Source: Chrysomallon squamiferum
Taxonomy: Eukaryota; Animalia; Mollusca
Assembly (NCBI GenBank): GCA_012295275.1
Contig: CM022673.1
Location: 12,400,001-12,464,000, forward strand
DNA: 64,000 bases
Direction: 5' to 3'
Numbering within the stretch: position 1 is the stretch's first letter; every line of letters begins with the position of its first letter. This document shows, piece by piece, positions 54,501 through 64,000 of the stretch. The notes below the pieces were generated by a model. That model ran no database searches and was not told the DNA's origin. It worked only from the letters and a program-made list of their open reading frames with translations. A program made the position numbers and the translations under genes.

Positions 54501-57500
54501 GTTTCTATTTATCCTCAGTTCCGAATGAACAGTCATTTTCAGATTCAGTTTCGAACTCCATCAAAGCAAATTTTACTTCTTTCTCTACATCATCACACTC
54601 ACTGGAACAGTTGATTTCAGGCAGTTTGTTGGAGGAGAATGTATTTATTTCTTCATCTTTTGTAGAATATTCTTTTTCTAAATTTGATGAACCATTAATA
54701 AGTACCCTGTAATGGCTCTACTTGGTCAGCTTCAGATCAAATTTCGGCAATTTCAGTTAGTTTCTCGTCAACTGAATCAGTGATGACTAGTTTATATGTA
54801 TCTCCAACATCTGTGGAAAATTCTGTTACTCTGTCTCAAGAAATACCGGTCACTAGCATCTATATCTTTTCACAATCAATGGAACCACTTTCAGGCTATT
54901 TCTCTTCGTATTCAACTGACCATTCAGTGCCCGTGACAGAAGAACTTATAAGTGTTTCTTTAACATCATTATCTGAATCGATATCAGACAGTTTATATAT
55001 TTCTCCTAACGTAATGGAAAATTCGCTATCAATACCTGAATCAAATGCGAGTACATTTTATGTTCCTTCACACTCAATATCAGTATCAGTTGATCCCGTT
55101 TCGAGTAGTCCGTATACACTGTCAACTACAGCAGAACAATTACGTTCAGTATCATTTAAGCAAAGTATAAGTAGTCTATATTCCTCTTCGTATTCCTTGG
55201 AACAGTCAGTATTAACTAAACTTGCATTAAGTAGTTTCTATGCATCTTTATCCTTAATGGAACAGTCCGTGTCAGTATCAGTATCAATTGAACCACATTT
55301 TACTAGTCAGTATACATCTTCATACTCACTGGAACAGTTGTTATCAACCGAACCACATCTGATTAGTCTATATACATCCTCTTACTCAGTGGAACAGTCA
55401 GAATCATATTTGAGTAGTTTGTATATAACGTCTTACTCGGAGGTAAAGCATGTGTCAGTTGAACCAGATTTGGATAATCTCTATTCATCTTCATACCCAA
55501 TGGAACAGTCAATACTGCTATCAGAAAATTCAGTTTCTGCTAGTTTATATATGTCTTCATATTCAGTGAAAGAATCAGTTTCAGAATCGACTGATCGAGA
55601 TTTGAGCAGTATATATATATCTTCATACTCGGCGGAAGACTCTTTGTCACTATCAGTTAAACCAAATTTAAAAAGTCGCTATATGTCAATACAACCTCTT
55701 TTTAGTAGTCACTATGCATCTTCATATTCAGCGGAACAGTCAGTCTCAGCATCAGATGAATCAATTTCGATTATTCCGTATATACTCTCATCAACTGAAC
55801 CAACAGAATCATTCTTGATTGGTCTCTATACATCTTCGAACTCCGTTGAAAAGTCAGTGTCGTTATCAGCTGAACCAGTTTTGAGTAGTCTTATTGTTTC
55901 TTCATATTCACTGGAACAATCAGATACAGTATCAGTTGAAACAGATTTAAGTAGCCTTTATGTATCTTTATATTCTGTGAAACCATCACGGTCAATATCC
56001 ATAGAACCAGTTTTGAGTAATATCTCTACATCTTCAGACTTAATGGGACAATCAATATCAGCCCATCCGGTTTTGGACAGTCCCTATAAAACTTCGTACT
56101 CAGAGTCAGTGTCTGAATTAAATCAACTAGTTAATAGTAGTCCATACTTATTAGAACAGTCAATATCATTATACTCATTGGAACAGTCATTTAATGGTCT
56201 GTCTACAACTTTATACTCAGTGTCAGCATCATATGAACTAGCTATCAGTATTTTTATACATCTTCTTATTCAGTGGTACAGTCAGTATCAAATGAATCAC
56301 ATCTGAGTAGTATGTATCTATCACCTTACGCAATAAAGCAGGTGGTTTCTGTATCAACGCAACCACATTTGAGTAATCTCTATACATCTTCTTATTTAGT
56401 GGAACATTCAACAACTTCATACTCAGGAAAACAGTTAAAATCAGTAACAAATGAAATACATTTCAGCAGTCTGTACACATCTCTATATTCTGTGACACAG
56501 TTAAAACCAGAATCAAGTGAACCATATTTCAGTAGTCTGTACACCTCTACTTACTCAGAGGAACAATTAATATCACAATCAAGTGAACCACATCTGAGTA
56601 GTCTGTACACCTCTGTTGACTCTGTGGAACAGTTAACATCAGAATCAAATGAACCACATTTTGGTACTCTGTACACATCTGCTTACTCAGCGGAAGAGTT
56701 AATATCAATATCAAGTGAACGACTTTTGAGTAGTCTGTACACATCTCTATACTCTGTGGAACAGTTAATACCAGTATCAAGTGAACCATATTTCAGTAGT
56801 CTCTACACCTCTACTTACTCAGAGGAACAATTAATATCACAGTCTAGTGAACCATATTTGAGCAGTTTGAACACATCTGCTTACTCAAAGATACAATTAA
56901 TATCAGTAACAAGTGAACCACATTTGAGTTATCTGTACATATCTGCTTACTCAGAAAAGCAGTTAATATCAGTATCAATTGAACAACATTTGAGTAGTCT
57001 GTTCACATTTGCTTACTCAGAGGAACAGTTAACATTAGTACATAGTGAACCACATTTGAGTAGTTTGTACACATCTGCAAACTCAGAGGAGCAGATAATA
57101 TCAGTATCAAGCGAAGCACATTTGAGTAGTCTGTATGCCTCTGCTTACTCAGATGAACACTTTATATCTGCAGTTAATATCACACACAGTAACAAATTGT
57201 GAACAACATTTGACTTTATATCACAATCTAGTGAACCACATTTGAGTAGTGTGTACACATCTGCTTACTCAGTGGAACAGTTAATATCAAGTGAACCACA
57301 TCTGAGTAGTCTATACACCTCTGCTGACTCTGTGGAACAGTTAATTTCAGTATCAAGTGAACCACATTTGAGTAGTCTGTACACATCTGCTTACTCAGTG
57401 GAACAGTTAATATCAAGTGAATCACATCTGAGTAGTCTGTACACGTCCGCTTACTCAGAGGAACTGCTAATACCAATATCAAGTGAACCACATTTCAGTA

Positions 57501-60500
57501 GTCTGTACACATCTGCTTACTCAGAGGAACAATTGAGATCGGCATCAAGTGATCGACAAATGGATAGTGTGTACAGATCTACTTACTCAGTGGAACAGTT
57601 AATATCAAGTGAACTGACATCTACTGACTCCCGAGAACAGTTAATATCAGTATCAAGTGAAGCGCCTTTGAGTAGTTTGTACGCCTATGCTTACTCAGAT
57701 GAACAGATAATATCACTATCTAGTGAACCATATTTGAGTAGTCTGTACACATCTGCTTACTCAGTGGAACAGTTAATATCAAGTGAATCACATCTGAGTA
57801 GTCTGTACACGTCCGCTTACTCAGATGAACTGTTAATATCAATATCAACTGAAGTACAGTTCAGTAGTCTGTACACATCTGCTTACTCAGTGCAACAGTT
57901 AAAATCAGTATCAAGTGAACCATTAGTATCACTATCTAGTGAACCACATTTGAGTAGTCTTTACACATCTGCTTACTCAGAGGAGCAGTTAATATCAGTG
58001 TCAAGTGAACCACATTTGAGTAGTGTGTACACCTCTTCTTTATCAGAGGAACAATTAATATCATTATCTAGTGAACCACGTTTGGGTAGTCTTTACATAT
58101 CTGGTTACTCAGAGGAGCAGTTAATATCAGTATCTAGTGAACTATATTTCAGTAGTCTGTCCACGTCTGCTTACTTAGAGGAACAGTTAATATCAGTATC
58201 AAGTGAAGCATATTTTAATAGTGTGTACACATCTTCTTACTCGGTGGAACAGTTAATATCAAGTGAACCACAACTTAGTAGTCTGGACACCTCTGCTGAA
58301 TCTGTGGTACAGTTCATATCAGTGTCAAGTGAACCACATTTGGGTAGTCTGTACAAATCTGGTTACACAGAGCTACAGTTAATATCAGTATCAAGTGAAG
58401 CGCATTTGAGTACTCGGTACACATCTGCTTTCTCAATGGTACAGTCAATATCAGTGTCAAGTGAACCACTTATGAGTATTCTGTACACCTCTGGTTACTC
58501 AGATGAACAGTTAATATCAATATCAAGTAAACAATATTTGAGTACCCTGTACACATCTGCTGACTCAATGGTATATTTAACATCAATATCAAGTGAACCA
58601 CATTTGAGTATCCTGTACTCATCTGCTGACTTTGTTGTACAGTTAGTATCAAGTGAATCACATTTCAATAGTATGTACACATCTGCCTACTCAGTGGAAC
58701 AATTGATATCGGTATCAAGTGAACCACATTTGAGTAGTTTGTACACGTCTGCTGACTCTGTAGAACAGTTAATATCAAGTGAACCACATTTGAGTAGTTT
58801 GTACACAGTATCTATTGAACCACATGTGAGTAGTTAGTCTGCTGACTCTGTAGAACAGTTAATATCAGTGTCAAGTGAACCACATTTGAGTAGCCTGTAC
58901 ACATCTGCTTACACAAAGGAACAGTTAATATCACTATCAAATGAACCACATTTGAGTAGCCTGTACACATCTGCTTACACAAAGAATCAGTTAATATCAG
59001 TATCAAATGAACCACATTTCAGTAGGCTGTACACGTCTGCTTACTCAGAGGATCAGTTAATATCAGTATCAAGTGAAGGACATTTGAGTAGACTGTACAC
59101 ATCTGCTTACTCAGTGGAACAGTTAAAATCAGTATCAAGTGAATCACTTTTGAGTAGTCTGGGACAATCAGTGTTTACCTTAGCTCTGTCTTCGATAACC
59201 TCTGTAGAACCAGATTTCAGTAGTTTCTACGCCGCCTCTTTATCAGAACAGCTGTTATCATCTATTTTTATTGAGCCTGCAAGTAGCATGATTGACTCCC
59301 AAACTATGACAAATCCGTCAGTGACATTTGAAGTGATGTTTAGTGGTGATTATACATCGCCATATGCACTGGAACACTCAGATGAGTCAACGTTAGATAG
59401 TGTATATATATCATCACACTCTGTGGAACTTTCAGTATTTGTTTCATCAGAGACATTACTGAGTGATAGCTATACCCACTCGTCTTTGGTATATATATCT
59501 GTATACGCTGAATCGCTTGGGGATAACCTCTTCACCTCTATCCACGTCAGTTGAATTTTCACTGTCAGATGAACCGCAGTTCAATGGTGAGTATGTCTCC
59601 TCTCATTCATCTCAGCAGTCGGTATCTGTCTCAGATGAACCGCCTTTCATTAGTGTATACACCTCCTCAGTAGAACAGTCTTTACCTGAATCTTTCTTAA
59701 GTAGTCGCTATGCCTCATCGCACTCAATAGAACAATCACTATCGATGGAATCAATGTTGAGCCATTTCTATGCTTTCTCTACTTCACTGAAACTGCCAGG
59801 ATCCTTTGAACCACTGCTTTATGTTTCGTCAGACTCAGTAGAATACTCGATATCAGTGTCATTACCTTCGTCATTAAACACAGTGCAACAATCTGTTTCA
59901 TTCGATCCATTAGTAAGTAATATCTATTCCTCCTCATATTCAGTGGAAATATTAGTAGCAAGTTCAAGTTTACCTCTAATAAGTAGTCTCCATACCTATC
60001 TACCATCGTTAGATATTCACGTTTCAACAGAACCACTTGGACTCTACACCTCTTTACAAATAATGGATTCGTCAACGTCTAAGACCCCAAATAGTATTAT
60101 TACAAGCTCAGATGTTTCTTCTGTTATAAATATTTCAATATCTACGTCACAAAATGACCAATCAGTATCATCGACTTCAGGACCAGTGATGAACAGTATC
60201 CACATCTCATCACTGTCTGTGTTAGTGTCATCGATCATCAGTAGCCAGTATATGACGTCATCTTCGTCTCAGATCTTGGTGTCAACCTCGCTTCATCCTT
60301 CTGAGAATATCCTGTTTCATTCGCCCTCAGCATCCATAGAATCTTTGACAACAATTTTCCATTCATCCCTTTCATCAACAGAACCAGAATCAGGTTTATC
60401 AGATTCTCTATCGAGTAGTATCTTTGGACCATCAGTTTTAGACATTTACGTATCAACCGTTTCTGCTGAGCTCCTGCTAAGCAGTTTCCTTGATTCTACG

Positions 60501-60654
60501 TCATCTTTATCTATATCACACTCTGCTGTTTTAGTTGTAGCAAGTGGTTTTCTGTCAGCTCCACAATCATTTGAGTTGTCGACGAGCGGCATGTTTCAGT
60601 TTCTAACAACTGAAAAGCAGTCAGTATCTTCTGATGTTTTTATCTTTTACTCAG
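24564..60654 (+). CDS. Giant secreted/extracellular Ser-rich acidic repeat protein (mucin/adhesin-like), ~36-kb first coding exon, ~12,000 codons, interrupted by probable assembly indels
   Basis: Acceptor tatttattttcag| at 24478; ATG 24564; signal-peptide-like MRWSQKDKGFVHYCTSVTVILSVMLNLSLKHLASA. ORFs 24564-36311, 36475-, 37681-, 39300-42554, 42502-52959, 52841-54712, 54780-56306, 56273-57202, 57242-58837, 58868-59554 and 59463- abut or overlap with the same composition and no intron-like DNA between them. Phase-1 donor TCA G|gtatct at 60654. Confidence 0.75.
26253..32066 (+). repeat. Coding tandem array 1: 57-bp/19-aa unit EQSVSVSYDPMMSSSYASS, ~100 copies
   Basis: Unit gaacagtcagtgtccgtctcatatgatccaatgatgagtagttcatatgcctcatct is directly visible; copy number estimated from span/57. 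Confidence 0.95.
34326..39311 (+). repeat. Coding tandem array 2: 51-bp/17-aa unit EQSASSELITSRLHSSA, ~95-100 copies
   Basis: Unit gaacagtcagcgtcatctgaattaataactagtagactgcactcttccgca is directly visible. Confidence 0.95.
56275..59160 (+). repeat. Coding tandem array 3: 66-bp/22-aa unit EQLISVSSEPHLSSLYTSAYSE with a 57-bp/19-aa short variant, ~45 copies
   Basis: Recurrent gaacagttaatatca(gtatca)agtgaaccacatttgagtagtctgtacacatctgcttactca. Confidence 0.9.
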
Positions 60655-61653
60655 GTATCTTTTCTTTACAATTATTGCATTTCTCGTGTGATATGTGTGT
60701 CACATTAGACGTGGAAGTAGTTTAGAAGGTAACACTTTTTTACTTCATTTTCTACTTCAGGCTGCGCTTTACAAAGCAGTCTAGTCTTTAAGGATTTAAT
60801 ATGTACCTTTGTAGTTTAGTAATGTAACATATGATATATATGTACAATGTATAATTGTTCATGTGGTATATATGTAGAATGTACTGGTATAATTGTTCAT
60901 ATGGTTTCAGATTATTAAAGTCTTTGTGAATAGAGGACTGGATTTATGAATATTTAAATATCGTTATGATTACAAAATGAAAAGCATTGATAAAATGTTT
61001 AATATAATAAAAGTTTTACTAATTTAATTACCATCAGTGATTGTATGTGAGTATACATATATGGTAATTTATGATATATATATATATAAAATACTCTTTT
61101 CCTCTTTTTATGGTGCATTCATCTATGTCTATCTAACTACCATTCTTTAAAAAAGATAAAGAAAATTAGGTTAATAACAGTAAAAATGTGAACTTTTAAC
61201 AAAATGTTTTATAACCACAAATGTCAACACTGAACTAATCCTTTTCTTTCATAATTAGAATTTTACTAACATTTGTCACATAATTTAGAATTGTACATTT
61301 GAAACTAATTTCACTTTTGTATCATTATGCTGATTTATACTCTTGATACCACAAACATCGTATATGAATTAATAAATATAAATAAATATTTAAAAAAAAC
61401 AGTTGTTATAAAATCATTCATGATATTTTGTTTATATGGAACAGTCATTCAAAATAAATCAACTGAAATTTATACAATTCACTACATCAATATTACATCA
61501 GTACTATGTATATTTTTTTTTTAATTATTTTTATTAACATTGATTAGAATAGTACTTTAAAACATTTTCACGCATTATCCACCTAGAAATGAATGCAAAT
61601 GATAAGATTCATCATATTTAAAAATATTAATATTTTAAACTCTTCTGTTTCAG

Positions 61654-64000
61654 TGGAATCCAGCGGTATAGCACCAACAGCAAGTTACATATCTACGGGA
61701 TACATTCTATCAACGTTGTCTGAAATGATGACATCCTCGGAATTTCATTTAACATCTGATTTAGGACCGTCCAGTTTGTCAGCTTCTTACGAAATGACTT
61801 CTGTAAACGAACTAAGTTCATCATATGCTGCCGACCAATCAACTTCGGATTTAACTTCATTGTCTTTCACTGAGCAGTTTGGTTCATCGGCCTCCGCTGA
61901 AGTAACGTCTATGTCCTATTCAAGTCTGGCCTTTGTCTCCGAATCCAGCTTCTTGTATGGTGTAAGTTTCTCAAGCTCAGCGATTTTGGAAGTCACATCA
62001 TCGTATATTAGTGATACTGCTTCATACGATGAATCAAGCTCAATGTATGTCGCTAGTCTGTCAAGTGAAGTATTTACTGACATCCTGTCATCTTCTACCA
62101 GTGGACTGAGTTCAGTGTTTATTACCGGGCAGAACAGTCCAGAAATAACAGCAGAATCATCGGTTATGATTTCCAGTCCATTTTCTTCAGCTGATCAGTC
62201 TAGCTTTATTACAGATGGACTCGTAACATCTTCTGTAACTGAATCTACAATCTATCTGACAAGTTCAGAAATGACAATGTCATCAGTTGTTGATACAAAC
62301 ACAATGTCTTCAGTGGATTACCTTAGTTCAGTCTCTGTGGACGTCTCTACAGTATCAAGTATTTCTGATTCCAGTTCATTAGCTATGGATTTCATCACAG
62401 CATCAAGTATCGTTGAGTCCAGTTCACCATCTGTCACTGAATTAAGTTCAGTGTACGAAACATCTTCAGTGGTCATGACATCAATAATTGAAACATCAGC
62501 AATCGTAGATTCAAGTTCGATAGCTGAATCATCTCTAATCCAATCCAGTTTAATAGCTGTTTCGTCTGTAATTTGGTCAAGTTCAGTAGCTGATTTCTCG
62601 GCATTTGAATCAAGTTCAATATCTCAGTCATCTGTAATTGAATCAAGTTCAGTAGATGAATCATCTGTAATTGAATCAACTTCAATAGCTGAATCATTGT
62701 CTGCAATTCAACCAAGTTCAGTAGCTGGTTCATCTATAATTGAAACAAGTTCATTAGCTGTGTCATCAGTAATTGCACCAAGTTCAGTACTGGAATCGTC
62801 TGCAATCCAATCAAGTTTAGGTGCTGTGTCATCTGCAATTGAATCAAGTTCAGTACCTGTGTCACCTGCAATTGAATCAAGTTCAGTAGCTGAGTCATCT
62901 GCAATTGAATCAAGTACAGTGCCTGTGTCATCTGTGTTTGAATCAAGTTCAGCAACTGACTCATCAATAATTGAATCAAGTTCAGTACCTGTGTCATCTG
63001 CAATTGAATCAAGTTCAGTACCTGTGTTATCTGTGTTTGAATCAAGTTCAGTAACTGACTCATCAATAATTGAATCAAGCTCAGTACCTGTGTCATCAGT
63101 TATTGAATCAAGTTCTGTAACTGACTCATCGCTAATCCAATCAAGTTCAGTACCTGTACCTGTGTCATCAATTATTGAATCAAGTTCAGTACCTGTTTCA
63201 TCAGTTATTGAATCAAGTTCAGTACCTGTTTCATCAGTTATTGAATCAAGTTCAGTGCCTGTACCTGTTTCATCAGTTATTGAATCAAGTTCAGTACCCG
63301 TGTCATCAATTATTGAATCAAGTTCACTAACTGGCTCATCAATAATAGAATCAAGTTCAGTAACTGACTCGTATCTAATCCAATCAAGTTCAGTACCTGT
63401 GTCATCTGTAATTGAATCAAGTTCAGCACCTGTGTCATCAGTTATTGAATCAAGTTCAGCAGCTGACTCCTCTCTAATCCAATCAAGTTCAGTACCTGTG
63501 TCATCTGCAATTGAATCAAGTTCACTACCTGTGTCATCTGTTATTGATTCAAGTTCAGTAACTGACTCATCTCTAATCCAATCAAGTCCAGTACCTGTAC
63601 CTATGTCATCTGTAATGGAATCAAGTTCATTACCTATGTCATCTGTAATTGAATCAAGTTCAGTACCTGTGTCATATGTAACTGAATCAAGTTCAGTACC
63701 TGTGGTATCTGTTATTGAATCAAGTTATGTAACTGACTCATCTCTAATCCAATCAAGTTCAGTACCTGCGTCATCTGTTATTGATTCATCTCTCATCTCT
63801 AATCCAATCAAGTTCAGTACCTTCATTACCTGTGTCATATGTAACTGAATCAAGTTCAGTACCTGTGGTATCTGTTATTGAATCAAGTTATGTAACTGAC
63901 TCATCTCTAATCCAATCAAGTTCAGTACCTGTGTCATCAGTTATTGAATCAAGTTCAGCACCTGTGTCATCAGTTATTGAATCGAGTTCAGTAGCTGTGT
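61654..64000 (+). CDS. Next exon of the giant Ser-rich protein (incomplete, runs off window)
   Basis: Acceptor tcttctgtttcag|TG at 61653 is phase 1, matching the donor at 60654 (G+TG=Val, then ESSGIAPT...). The 999-bp intervening DNA is AT-rich and intron-like. A garbled unit at ~63790-63835 shifts the frame, then the repeat continues. Confidence 0.8.
62470..64000 (+). repeat. Coding tandem array 4: 33-bp/11-aa unit VIESSSVPVSS
   Basis: Recurrent attgaatcaagttcagtacctgtgtcatc. Confidence 0.92.

Noticed and set aside
39300-59463. Treating ORFs at 39300, 42502, 52841, 54780, 56273, 57242, 58868 and 59463 as separate genes or programmed frameshifts
   Set aside because: No signal peptides, promoters or intergenic DNA; most start at non-ATG codons; the same motif runs through each junction; no shared slippery motif.
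60655-60725. Hydrophobic ORF tail IFSLQLLHFSCDMCVTLDVEVV as a TM/GPI signal
   Set aside because: Lies after the G|gtatct donor, so it is intron read-through; likewise the MQMIRFIIF start at 61593 is intronic.

Overview
AT-rich, microsatellite-laden animal (probably molluscan) genomic DNA with spliceosomal introns; no prokaryotic features. I reconstructed three genes by hand. (1) 56-886 (-): a 125-aa secreted Met/Gly/Arg-rich protein with 2 coding exons, a probable 5'UTR exon and a TATA box. (2) 4731-16334 (-): ICE2/NARG2 (little elongation complex subunit 2), 14 coding exons, ~1080 aa, with one +1 homopolymer frameshift in this assembly. (3) 24564 to beyond 64000 (+): a giant, signal-peptide-bearing, Ser-rich acidic protein. 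Its first coding exon appears to be one ~36.2-kb exon (24479-60654, ~12,000 codons), followed by a 999-bp intron and another repeat exon that runs off the window. That protein is built from tandem arrays of 19-, 17-, 22/19- and 11-aa units plus ~19 kb of degenerate copies of the same EQS..E..SS.Y motif. The roughly one dozen breaks between the ORF-track pieces look like assembly indels rather than introns, but this cannot be proven from the sequence alone. Also present: two Tigger/pogo-like MITE remnants, two copies of a SINE-like repeat and many microsatellites.
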